A stretch of DNA of 64,000 bases from Nitrosopumilus sp. (GTDB lineage: Archaea > Thermoproteota > Nitrososphaeria > Nitrososphaerales > Nitrosopumilaceae): NCBI GenBank assembly GCA_965197525.1, contig OZ240211.1:224001-288000 (forward strand), read 5' to 3'. Shown here one piece after another: positions 1-9,288 of this stretch. The position numbers were made by a program, and so were the translations under genes. The notes under the pieces were generated by a model. That model saw only the letters and a list, made by a program, of their open reading frames with translations, was not told the DNA's origin and did no database searches. Every line of letters begins with the position of its first letter. Position 1 is the first letter of the stretch.

Positions 1-1
1 A

Positions 2-184
2 CAATATCCACAATTCCATGATTTAGATATGAGATTACATATGATGAAATCTTTGGGGTTAGAGAGACTTCCTCCAATAATCCCAGATATCATTGATGCA
101 TCATCAGGAATCATTGCCAAAGAAACCTTACTTCTTAAAAATTTCAACTTTGAAGAGCTTTTAGAGAATGACAGAAGGGGTTAG
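2..184 (+). CDS. 3' end of a gene truncated by the window edge; stop overlaps the PIN gene start (possible antitoxin partner)
   Basis: Open frame from nt 2 (QYPQFHDLDMRLHMMKSLGLERLPP...ENDRRG) to TAG at 182-184, overlapping the ATG at 168. Confidence 0.5.
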   Translation, partial: QYPQFHDLDMRLHMMKSLGLERLPPIIPDIIDASSGIIAKETLLLKNFNFEELLENDRRG

Positions 185-696
185 AGTTTATTTTGATACA
201 ATGCTGTATCTAAATAAATTCCGAGATCCTTACACAGTTAAACCAGAAACGACAAATATGTTCAACAAAGTAAAATCTGGTGAATTTAGATTGATTATTT
301 CTCAAACAGTAATGATGGAGATTTATCATGTTTTGTGTTTATCCGTAGAAAAAATAAAAAAGTTTGAAGAGGCGTCAAAAATAATGGAAGAATCTAACAC
401 AATGAATGATAAAATAAAAAAAAATTCTGCTTTCATTCCCAAATACTGAATTTGCAGATAAAGAGTTTGACGGAATTAAACCTGAAAATTTGATTCAGTT
501 TGTAGAAAATGTGCCAGGATCAAATTTAATTGATTTTTATGGCAAGAAGCTGCCAGGATCAATGGATTTTATTCATTTAATGGTTGCATCGAATTTGAGA
601 TGTGAAAAGTTCTTTACTTACGACACTGGTGTGTTAAAACTTGCTAGTTATAATCAAAAAGGAAATATGAAAATCATAGAACCGTACAGGCCATAA
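168..696 (+). pseudogene. PIN-domain (VapC-like) protein split by a +1 frameshift in an A9 tract
   Basis: N-terminal RVYFDT and IISQTVMMEIYH motifs (168-449); C-terminal DFIHLMVA...FFTYD motif (490-696). Removing one A from A9 (416-424) joins them as DKIKKILLSFPNTEF... Confidence 0.7.
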
Positions 697-912
697 TCTG
701 GAATAACAAAAACAATATGTTACTTGTGGCGCGTTTCGTCTCTCATAATATCTTTTAATTTTAACAGACTAGATCATAAATTTTTGACAGCGGTGTTAAC
801 GCATCTATGGCAGATCTGAGAAATCAATTATTATTCATAAATTCTTATCATTAAAGTTTAGTTTGTGAATCTTTGGAATTACATTACGTATCTGTTAACT
901 GAATTTTGCATA

Positions 913-2172
913 TCATCGCTTTTTTGCACGTCTTCTTTTACTGTTATTGACTTTCTTTCTAATATGTTGTACCACCATTGGTAGAAATGCTCCTACATCT
1001 GACACTATTCCTAATGCCTGCCATGTGCCTCTGTCCATGAGTTTTGTAACAGTTGGCTGACTGATGTCAACTACGATTACTTTGACATCTGCAGGTAGCA
1101 TGTTACCCACTGCAATTGAGTGCAGCATTGTTGATATCATGATGACTATGTTTGTATCCTTTAGAACCTTCTTGTATTCGCGCTGCGCCACAGACACGTC
1201 TGTAATTACATCAGGCAACGGACCGTCATCCCTGATGGAGCCTGCCAATACAAATGGTATCTTGTTCTTTACGCATTCATACATTATTCCCTTTTGTAAC
1301 TTTCCTGTCCTTACCATGTTTGATATGGAACCTGCTTTGAAGACTGCATTGACTGTGACCATATGGTTTCTGTGTCCGTGATGTGCAAGTGTTGCATCAT
1401 TGACGTTCATACCCAATGATGTTCCTAATGTGGCATATTCTATATCGTGAACTGCAAGGGCATTTCCTGCCAGTACTCCGTCAATACATCCAAATCTTAT
1501 TAATTTTGATACTGCATCATCAGCTCCTGTGTGCACTATTGCAGGCCCGCCTACGATAATTATCTTGCCGCCATTCTTTTTTGTTTTGTAAATGTCATCT
1601 GCAACCTTTTTTGCAATATGTTGGGTGGGCCTCTCACTTGAACTTGAGCTGTTCATAAACTCAAATACATTTGAGCCCTCTCTTGGGCGTTCAGGTGGTG
1701 TGATTTTAATTCCATCCTCGCCTACAATTATCATGTCATTTTTTTTGATATCTCTTATTGGAATACAAAATGCCCTGTTATTCTTTATTACGATACACTT
1801 ATCCATCATCATGTTTTCTACATGAATCCACTTTTTCTTGTAAAATACGGATGTGCGGTTATTTGTTGTGCTGTAAAAATCATCAGGCATTACTTTGTCT
1901 TTTGCAGCTTTTTTTAACGCGATCTCTTTTTGGGTTTTGGCAGTTGCGCCAAATCGGTATACCGTCTCTAGAATCTTCTTGAGGTGTCCCTGGTTCTTTC
2001 CGGTGATTATTAATCGTGCAAATGAGCGCTCGTTCTTTCTCTTTCCGACAGTAATCTCCTCTACTTGAAACTCTCCTTGCAGGTCCATTACCTTGTCAAA
2101 TATCTTAGTCAGTATCATGGAGTCGATCAAATGTCCACTGACTTGGATCTCTTGAGAGAAATTGTTACTCAT
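913..2172 (-). CDS. TIGR00300-family protein (ornithine cyclodeaminase / LOR-SDH-like)
   Basis: GHLIDS N-terminus, FYSTTN, GGPAIVHTG, GNALAVHDIE, AGSIRDDGPLP motifs. Confidence 0.85.
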   Translation of the reverse strand: MSNNFSQEIQVSGHLIDSMILTKIFDKVMDLQGEFQVEEITVGKRKNERSFARLIITGKNQGHLKKILETVYRFGATAKTQKEIALKKAAKDKVMPDDFYSTTNNRTSVFYKKKWIHVENMMMDKCIVIKNNRAFCIPIRDIKKNDMIIVGEDGIKITPPERPREGSNVFEFMNSSSSSERPTQHIAKKVADDIYKTKKNGGKIIIVGGPAIVHTGADDAVSKLIRFGCIDGVLAGNALAVHDIEYATLGTSLGMNVNDATLAHHGHRNHMVTVNAVFKAGSISNMVRTGKLQKGIMYECVKNKIPFVLAGSIRDDGPLPDVITDVSVAQREYKKVLKDTNIVIMISTMLHSIAVGNMLPADVKVIVVDISQPTVTKLMDRGTWQALGIVSDVGAFLPMVVQHIRKKVNNSKRRRAKKR

Positions 2173-2289
2173 AATACTTGGATTATATCACGATAACTAA
2201 AGCTTTACGTTGCTAGGTTCTGTGAAATTATAGAGACCTTACTTATGAGGATAGGCGTACATAAATGCCCCAAAATCATAGAATATTTG

Positions 2290-3483
2290 TTGAAGGCAAT
2301 AAAGTCAATAGCACAAAAATATACGCCAAACTCTGACCTAATGGATATGATGGCCACATTCACGGACATGGTTAACCGTTGCATCAAGATAGGGTTAAAA
2401 GAAGACACACACAATATGAAAAGGCTATCATGTCTATGCTATCAGGAATTGAGAGACTATGACATTTTGTCGTCATACAAACTAAATGCAATATCAAGAG
2501 CTGCTGGCATATTGGCAAACAGAAGACAGTCAATAAAACGTGGTGTCAAGGTTAGATACCCAAAGGTAACAAAGCCGTTTATCACTAATTGTTACGGTAT
2601 AAAACACAATGGTGCACTACTTACAATCCCATACAAGAGTAGAAATCCAATCAACATCTTGTTAAACCCGCATACCCAAAAAATCCTGTCAAATCCTGCC
2701 TTGACAGTACGCTCGTTTTCATTGACTGCCTTTAACATCAGTCTTTGTGTTTCCAAGGAGACTGAACAGATAGAATGTACCAAGGCAGTAGGAATCGATA
2801 GAAATTTGAGGAATGTTACATGTGGCAATGAGGAGCAAGTAACATTTTACAAGACAAACAAAATACTATCCATAAAAGAGAACACCATGCACGCCAGAGC
2901 CGGATTCCACAGAAATGATCGCAGAAAGAAAGGTCAATTCTGGAAGGTAAGACAGCAAAGAATGACCAATAGAACAAAACAATACATACACAGAATATCA
3001 AAAGATATTGTGGATAATGCAGTCAAAGAAAAGGCTGTAATCGTTCTAGAAAACCTAAAAGGAATTAGAAAACTCTACAAAAAAGGAAATGGTCAAGGCA
3101 ACAAATACAGGCGCAGATTAAACGGATGGCAATTCTACGAGTTGCAACGCCAAATAGAATACAAAGCCCAATGGGTAGGACTCCCACCAGTCGAATATGT
3201 AGACCCAAAAAACACGAGCACGCAGTGTCCAAGATGCGGAAAGAAACTCCAAGAGGACATGCAACACAGTCGTAAAATGTCGTGTAATAATTGCGGATTG
3301 TACATGGACAGAGACATTGTAGCTGCCATGAACATATCACGCAAACTGTCCCCTAGGTTTAGGGATAGTGGAGATAACATAGGTGAAGCGCAGTCCGGTG
3401 TTTTTGAACCGGCGATGATGGAACCCTGCATACCGGTAATCCAGATAGTCGATATGTCAAAGTCGAGTGATAGGAGGATATGA
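2290..3483 (+). CDS. tnpB: TnpB RNA-guided endonuclease, copy 1
   Basis: RuvC-I GIDRNL, RuvC-II LENL, Zn finger CPRC..CNNC, RuvC-III DRDIVAAMNI. TTG start at 2290 chosen by alignment with copies 2 and 3. Confidence 0.95.
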   Translation: MKAIKSIAQKYTPNSDLMDMMATFTDMVNRCIKIGLKEDTHNMKRLSCLCYQELRDYDILSSYKLNAISRAAGILANRRQSIKRGVKVRYPKVTKPFITNCYGIKHNGALLTIPYKSRNPINILLNPHTQKILSNPALTVRSFSLTAFNISLCVSKETEQIECTKAVGIDRNLRNVTCGNEEQVTFYKTNKILSIKENTMHARAGFHRNDRRKKGQFWKVRQQRMTNRTKQYIHRISKDIVDNAVKEKAVIVLENLKGIRKLYKKGNGQGNKYRRRLNGWQFYELQRQIEYKAQWVGLPPVEYVDPKNTSTQCPRCGKKLQEDMQHSRKMSCNNCGLYMDRDIVAAMNISRKLSPRFRDSGDNIGEAQSGVFEPAMMEPCIPVIQIVDMSKSSDRRI

Positions 3484-3490
3484 CTTGTTA
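3340..3490 (+). ncRNA. Putative omega/reRNA overlapping the 3' end of tnpB copy 1 (approximate bounds)
   Basis: TnpB guide RNAs are known to overlap the gene 3' end; stem 3346-3368 shows a compensatory change in copy 3; conservation among copies stops after GTC(G/A)AGT. Confidence 0.55.
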
Positions 3491-3526
3491 AATCAACAGG
3501 TACCTATAACTTCACAGAACCCGTTG

Positions 3527-3883
3527 CTATACAGGTAAGATTACCTTACCCTCGAATTTTGGGATATTGTCATCTTGAAGTGCTTTTTCTATGACTTGTT
3601 TTTGTTGGACTGTGACTCCTTGGACTATGGTTTTAGATGATCCAGTCTTGTCAACTAGCGCAAGAATGTATCCGCTGCTGTCAGTTAGTACAAATCCAGA
3701 TGATTCATCAACAAATGCGTATAGATTCTCCTCGCCTACAGGGTTCCAGACCTTTGTAGTACTGTTATTGTTTGCCACTAGTGCTAGTGCAGGCATGGCT
3801 TTACCATCAGTCAGTGAATTAAGATATTCTCTTGCTGCGGCAACTCTTTTTTGGCCCAACTTTAATGCTTGAAAGTATTGCAT
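3527..3883 (-). CDS. Conserved hypothetical protein
   Basis: 118-aa ORF; its stop codon lies within the right TSD of tnpB element 1. Confidence 0.75.
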   Translation of the reverse strand: MQYFQALKLGQKRVAAAREYLNSLTDGKAMPALALVANNNSTTKVWNPVGEENLYAFVDESSGFVLTDSSGYILALVDKTGSSKTIVQGVTVQQKQVIEKALQDDNIPKFEGKVILPV

Positions 3884-4157
3884 GATTTAGTAATGACAGA
3901 CTGGTTATAAAAACAAATTTGTGTATCAAACAGATGTTATCTCTGGGTACTGCGTGATTCTGTAGATAGACATTCTAAATACACGTTGTTGAAGTTATGT
4001 ACAACATCGAGTCCTTGATATTGGTATACACTATACCACTTGACAAGCAAGTATACGTGACTTGTAATTTCTCCTTCTCCTTCTTTTTTTATCTGTCATC
4101 GACTAATCTTGAAACTTTGTTCAAAAGACAGTTATATGATCAGCACTCAAGACCGTC

Positions 4158-4535
4158 ATGCCTCTTACAAACGAAGTGATAATAAAGCTAAATGAGATTA
4201 CATTGCTAGTTGAGGATAAATCAAAGCTTACAGAATCTGAGACCGATGAGATAAAAACCATCTTTAGAAATCTTGTAAAGAGCAATCAAAGATATGATAT
4301 GGATGAGATAGAGTACTGGTTTAGCAATGAGGGTAGCTGGACAGTAAGAGAACCTAGAATTCGAATCGTCAACCTTGCAAATTACGTTCAAGACAAGTAC
4401 CAACAGACTGCTCATTTGAGAATTCTCTCTGATACTAGTTGTAATGATGATGGTTGCTGTAGTGATGATGGCGGTGGTAGTAGCAGCAGTAGTGATGGCC
4501 GCAGTGATAGCGGCAATGACGACCATAAATGCTGA
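4158..4535 (+). CDS. Hypothetical protein with D/S/G-rich low-complexity C-terminal tail
   Basis: 125-aa ORF with globular-looking N-terminal part and tail DDGCCSDDGGGSSSSSDG. Confidence 0.75.
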   Translation: MPLTNEVIIKLNEITLLVEDKSKLTESETDEIKTIFRNLVKSNQRYDMDEIEYWFSNEGSWTVREPRIRIVNLANYVQDKYQQTAHLRILSDTSCNDDGCCSDDGGGSSSSSDGRSDSGNDDHKC

Positions 4536-4538
4536 AAA

Positions 4539-4763
4539 CTAGTCTTCTAGCTGTTCTAACAACCTCTTGACAATTTTCGAGTTCTCTGTTCTCGCACTCT
4601 GTATCTCTTTTATACGTACATTATCTTTGTCGTCTTTTACAACCAATTGAAAATATTCTTGGTCTAGGTCACTGTTTGTCTGCTGTCTTTTAATTATTTC
4701 AAACAAAATTCCGATCACCTGTTTTTGCGCATCAATTAGTTCGTCTTTACTGTTCTGGGACAC
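4539..4763 (-). CDS. Small helical hypothetical protein
   Basis: 74-aa ORF, convergent with the preceding gene. Confidence 0.65.
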   Translation of the reverse strand: MSQNSKDELIDAQKQVIGILFEIIKRQQTNSDLDQEYFQLVVKDDKDNVRIKEIQSARTENSKIVKRLLEQLED

Positions 4764-5029
4764 TGCTATGTTTTAGTTGCATGTATCTATATAATTTTAT
4801 TTTTCTTTCTTTTCCTATCTGCCATCTCATATTTGACATATCTACACTGATATTTTATCTAACTCTGATCCGACTCTTAAATCAAAAACTAGTGGCTCAA
4901 AGTCAATCTCAACCAAAAAAATAAACATATGGCATAGTTAGCTCTGATGCAAGCTGCATTAATCTAAACAAGTTTTCTCTCAAATAATTATCTAAATATA
5001 CATTTACAAATTCGATATATCATCTAGTT

Positions 5030-5578
5030 CTATAAAATATCATCAAGTATCTTTACTAATTTTGGATCTGTGATTTCATCTTTTGCAGTTTTCAAAAAAG
5101 TTTCAATATCATACTGTGTTACTTCTCTGATATCTGTTCTGCATTTTGGTATATCTTTGCGCGCCATTTCTAGTTTATCAATCTGATGCAACAATCTTGA
5201 TTCCTCGGTTGCATTCTCCTTGTATTCTTGCCAAATTCTCTGATATGCCGATTGTATGGTTGGAGGCAAATGGTCTAATATTTCTGAGAATGCATCATCT
5301 TCTAGCTGCATCTTTTTTGATTTAGAGATTTGGTTTGGAGTGTAATCTCCGATTTTTGATTCTGCTAGATCATGTAGCAATGCCATTTTAATCATTTTTT
5401 CAGAATCATATCCATTTACATCTGACATGATCATACACATTATTGCTACAGAGTACGAGTGATCAGCTACTGATTCAGGATTGACAATAGATAATTTCTC
5501 TATCCAGCCTTGTCTTGGAACCTCTTTGAGATGTGCTACAGTATTGAAAAAGTCAAGTATCATGCTATCCCTGTTCAA
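5030..5578 (-). CDS. HD-domain hydrolase (YfbR/HDDC2-like 5'-deoxynucleotidase family)
   Basis: LKEVPRQGW, ESVADHS, ALLHDLAE, DKLEM motifs. Confidence 0.9.
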   Translation of the reverse strand: MNRDSMILDFFNTVAHLKEVPRQGWIEKLSIVNPESVADHSYSVAIMCMIMSDVNGYDSEKMIKMALLHDLAESKIGDYTPNQISKSKKMQLEDDAFSEILDHLPPTIQSAYQRIWQEYKENATEESRLLHQIDKLEMARKDIPKCRTDIREVTQYDIETFLKTAKDEITDPKLVKILDDIL

Positions 5579-5625
5579 TTTTGGTATTATTGGGTTTCGA
5601 AGCGTATATTAGCTATTTTTTACCT

Positions 5626-6186
5626 ATGGAATCTGTGAAAATATACACAAAAACAGGAGATGAAGGAAATACCGGACTACAAGACAATTACCGAATATCA
5701 AAATCACACCCACGAATAATATCTTATGGAACAGTTGATGAGGCCAATGCCGCATTGGGAATAGTTCTTGCAAACTCGCTTGATGATGACGTCGCTGATA
5801 TTTTAACTAGGATACAAAACGATCTGTTTGTGGTAGGCGCTGACCTCTCAAACTCTAATCTAAACGATGTAAAAAACCGTATATCACTTGACATGATTGA
5901 TAATTTAGAGCGACATATTGACAAATTTGAATCAGAGTTAGAACCTTTGACTAGCTTTATTCTCCCTGGCGGTGTCATCCCTGCAGCGCAGCTGCATCAT
6001 GCGCGGACAATTGTAAGAAGAGCTGAGACTTTGACTGTTAAACTAAGTGAAACAGCAGAGATCAACTCTAATTGTATAAAATACCTTAACAGGCTATCTG
6101 ATCTGTTGTTTGTAATGGGTCGATTGGCAAACAAGCGTAAAAACAACAAAGACGTAGTCTGGAAACCCAAAAGAGACAAGTTTTAA
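5626..6186 (+). CDS. PduO-type cob(I)alamin adenosyltransferase
   Basis: KIYTKTGDEG, YGTVDEAN, RTIVRRAE, YLNRLSDLLF motifs; ATG at 5626. Confidence 0.93.
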   Translation: MESVKIYTKTGDEGNTGLQDNYRISKSHPRIISYGTVDEANAALGIVLANSLDDDVADILTRIQNDLFVVGADLSNSNLNDVKNRISLDMIDNLERHIDKFESELEPLTSFILPGGVIPAAQLHHARTIVRRAETLTVKLSETAEINSNCIKYLNRLSDLLFVMGRLANKRKNNKDVVWKPKRDKF

Positions 6187-6214
6187 TTCCTCAATCATAC
6201 ACATCCTTTCGAGT

Positions 6215-6291
6215 GCCGAGGTAGCTCAGCCTGGGAGAGCACTCGGCTGAAGACCGGGCTGTCGCAAGTTCAAATCATGCCCTCGGCACCA
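6215..6291 (+). tRNA. tRNA-Phe (GAA), CCA encoded
   Basis: Acceptor GCCGAGG/CCTCGGC, anticodon arm CTCGG-CTGAAGA-CCGGG, TTCAAAT T-loop, ACCA end. Confidence 0.95.
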
Positions 6292-6519
6292 TTTCAATTG
6301 TGCTTTTGCCATGTGTGTGATTTGGCAATATTTTAGCATGACAGTGATACCTAGACTATGATGTCAATATCTGAAGAGGTATTTTACCAATCACCCGTGT
6401 ACCCTATCTAGCATCTGACAAACTAGAATCGTGCATTGACTAAAAATACGACTGGTGCTCAAATGAATCAATTTTGAATAATGTTTAAAAGTAACCCTAT
6501 CCCTTGTTTTTCGATATCT

Positions 6520-6735
6520 ATGGCTGAAAAGGTAGCTAAAAAAAAGACCAAAAAGCAAGCAAACAAGACAAGTAAAGGTCGTAAATCCAAATCTAAATCC
6601 AAGAAAGCAAAAGAAGAACCACTAGGTGATGGCATTGTCATAGTTGATGATGATATTGAGGTTGATCAAGACAAAATCAACGAAGAACGACGTGCTTATC
6701 TTGAGGAAGCTCGTTCTCAAGAAGCATTTGACTAG
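6520..6735 (+). CDS. Small Lys-rich/acidic hypothetical protein
   Basis: MAEKVAKKKTKK...EEARSQEAFD; start inferred at 6520. Confidence 0.7.
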   Translation: MAEKVAKKKTKKQANKTSKGRKSKSKSKKAKEEPLGDGIVIVDDDIEVDQDKINEERRAYLEEARSQEAFD

Positions 6736-6770
6736 GAAATACTTATCAGAGCTAACAGCATATATCCAAT

Positions 6771-7010
6771 ATGCGAGCCTTGTGTTTGATTCTAGTAAAG
6801 CCCGGCAAGGTTGATTCGGTAGTTGAAGTTTTAAAGAAAAAGCGCAAGGTGGTAAAACAAGTCATGATAGTTACAGGAAGAGCTGACATTAGTGTTATTT
6901 TACAAGGCAACATAAACGAAATTAATAACATGGTGATTGATTTTAGAAAGATAAAGAATATCGAGACTACTGAAACGTTAATTGAAGTGGAGGTTAATCT
7001 AGGATGGTAA
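6771..7010 (+). CDS. Lrp/AsnC ligand-binding (RAM) domain protein
   Basis: Stand-alone ~79-aa RAM fold: LILVKPG...VTGRADI...IETTETLI. Confidence 0.8.
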   Translation: MRALCLILVKPGKVDSVVEVLKKKRKVVKQVMIVTGRADISVILQGNINEINNMVIDFRKIKNIETTETLIEVEVNLGW

Positions 7011-7222
7011 GGGCAATTATTCTAGTAAAATCTCCTAAAAAACTAATTGCTGCAAGGTTAAGAAAGATATCATCTGTTGCTGACTCGTTTCCTACTAGTG
7101 GACAATTTGATGCTGTTGCTATAATTGTAGTTGACGAACTAGTTCAGATAAAACAGATCACAACCCAGATTCAAAAAATCACAGGTGTTGAGAGAACGGA
7201 AACCATGGTTGAAGTTACATAG
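7004..7222 (+). CDS. Lrp/AsnC ligand-binding (RAM) domain protein, tandem paralogue
   Basis: AIILVKS...TSGQFDAVAI...GVERTETMV; overlaps the preceding gene. Confidence 0.8.
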   Translation: MVRAIILVKSPKKLIAARLRKISSVADSFPTSGQFDAVAIIVVDELVQIKQITTQIQKITGVERTETMVEVT

Positions 7223-7438
7223 CGTGTTTTTTCTAAACGCGTTTTGTATTCATTCTTATGCTTTGTTTGAACTATTGGTGTGATGGTATTATTCTGAGTT
7301 TTACTGCCGTGCTATAGTATCCTGATATTATCAATCCTATTATTATTATTATCACTGCCTTTACTAAGATCTGGTAATTTTTTAAACCTTTTTTATTTTA
7401 TCGCTTACACTTTTGAAAAATTGTACATGTAAGACATG

Positions 7439-8341
7439 CTACTTGTTGATCTTTTTTATGTATTCTATTATCCCTGTATAGTCTATATGTCCGAATCCTT
7501 CTACAACTGCGTCATTGTATATTTGCTCTGCATGATTGATCATAGGTAGATGTATATCTAAAGCGTTTGCAGCATCTGTAATTGTACTGATATCTTTTTT
7601 AAGATTTGCAAGTGTAAACGTGGTGTTGTATTTACCATTTATCATGTTGTATGCCTTTTTTTCACTCATTCCGGTCTTAAAATATGTAGAGTTTAAAACC
7701 TCGAGAAATATCTCTGGCTTTACACCTGATTCTTTTACAAGGGTGATGCCTTCTGATAGTGATAGTGCCAGCATTGCAATCTGAAGGTTCATAGCTAGCT
7801 TGACTGCATGTGCAACTCCATTACTATCACCAAGCAAAAAGACCTTTCTTGCAATGACATCAAAGACGTCTATGCATTTGTCAAAGCCTTCTTTATTGCC
7901 TGATGCCATCATTACTAGATCACCTGTAATTGCAATATTTGGTCCTCCCATTACAGGAATATCTAATTTAATCATATTGTATTCTTGAAATTTTTCAAAT
8001 GTCTTCACTGACTCTGCAGGTGAGATGGTACTCATATCTGCTACAATCAAGTTTTTGTGATAGCCTTCTACTATTCCGTCTTTATTAAATGAGACCTGTT
8101 TTACAGCATGCGCATCTGTTACTATGATTATTACTAGTTCAGAGTTTTCTGCCACTTCTCTGGGAGTTTTTACAATCCTAACTCCTTGGTCTTTTAATTG
8201 GAGTGTCTTCTCTTCTGTTCTATTATATGCTGTTACATCAAATCCTGATTTGATCAAGTGCGATGCCACTGCTGTTCCTAGCATTCCTAGTCCGACTATT
8301 CCAACTTTTTTTATGCCTGTATTGCTAGTGTCGCTCTTCAT
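7439..8341 (-). CDS. NAD(P)-dependent oxidoreductase, 3-hydroxyisobutyrate dehydrogenase family
   Basis: GIVGLGMLG Rossmann motif, YNRT, DMSTISP, DIPVMGG, VKLAMN. Confidence 0.9.
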   Translation of the reverse strand: MKSDTSNTGIKKVGIVGLGMLGTAVASHLIKSGFDVTAYNRTEEKTLQLKDQGVRIVKTPREVAENSELVIIIVTDAHAVKQVSFNKDGIVEGYHKNLIVADMSTISPAESVKTFEKFQEYNMIKLDIPVMGGPNIAITGDLVMMASGNKEGFDKCIDVFDVIARKVFLLGDSNGVAHAVKLAMNLQIAMLALSLSEGITLVKESGVKPEIFLEVLNSTYFKTGMSEKKAYNMINGKYNTTFTLANLKKDISTITDAANALDIHLPMINHAEQIYNDAVVEGFGHIDYTGIIEYIKKINK

Positions 8342-8711
8342 CTCTAATCTCCCAGTGATTGCCTCTAAACCTTGGTGCTACAAACTCTAGCTGACCTATT
8401 GTTTTATCACCTCTCTTGACTTTGGCAAAATCAATCTTTTGTCTTGTAAACGTTTTCTCCTTTGGTTTGTATCCTCCTTCTATGACCTTTACCTTGAATC
8501 TCTTGCTGGCTCTGAGAATTAACTTTCTTGCAATTTGCACGTCACCTATCCACGAAAACATCTCAAAATCTCCAAAGTTTTTTGTAGATACATTGTATCC
8601 ATATAACCTAGCTTCAAGTTTTATTGACTGTGTCTTTGCTTGCTGGTTTAGCCATGCTACTACCTTCTCCCCATGGCCTCTCTCCACTCCAAACGTCTCT
8701 GAATCCCTCAT
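8325..8711 (-). CDS. Conserved hypothetical protein
   Basis: 128-aa ORF overlapping the start of the downstream dehydrogenase gene. Confidence 0.7.
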   Translation of the reverse strand: MRDSETFGVERGHGEKVVAWLNQQAKTQSIKLEARLYGYNVSTKNFGDFEMFSWIGDVQIARKLILRASKRFKVKVIEGGYKPKEKTFTRQKIDFAKVKRGDKTIGQLEFVAPRFRGNHWEIRDEERH

Positions 8712-9288
8712 ATGACTAAGCTTGTAATGCTATACCATAATAATAATTTTCATAGCTATAATATTTTTTGACTTGGTTGATAATACAGACATAGTTTATC
8801 TTTAAAAAGTATCTTTTAATTCAAACATCTTCAGTTGGTATGGCGACCACATCATTATGCCCATGTCTAATGTTGTATTAGGTATTTGGGATCTTGAACA
8901 TACACCTTTTCACGTCATACTATTTATCAGTATCATGTCTTGTATTTGATTGCATTTCATACATGAATGCATCGGCAAAGATTTTATCATGCTGTCATCA
9001 ATAGAGGTGCTTTAGAAAATAACGTGCCTAATTTTTTGTTTTTCAGTTTATGTATCATGTATAATATTATGATCAACTGTTTTTTACCAAACGCCTGTTT
9101 TAATTCTTCGTTATCTTTTTAGAATATTTCTACTGCCATCAAATGTAAGATATCTTGAATTAGTTTGATGGCTGCACTGTAGTGTGCTATAACAATAGAT
9201 ATCATGGCAGCTATATGGATTGTGGCAGGGATTGATGGTAATTGAAAAAAACAAAAAATAATCTATTTGGAGTGTGGTAACGGCATGT

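Larger units (their letters stand above)
2216..3521 (+). mobile_element. Non-autonomous tnpB element, copy 1, with TIRs and 8-bp TSD
   Basis: Left end GGTTCTGTGAAATTATAGAGACCT; right end reverse complement GGTTCTGTGAAGTTATAGGTACCT; TSD CGTTGCTA at 2208-2215 and 3522-3529. Confidence 0.93.

Noticed and set aside
2245-2289. N-terminal extension of TnpB copy 1 in the ORF track
   Set aside because: Copies 2 and 3 begin at the homologous TTG (2290); the extension is unconserved upstream DNA.
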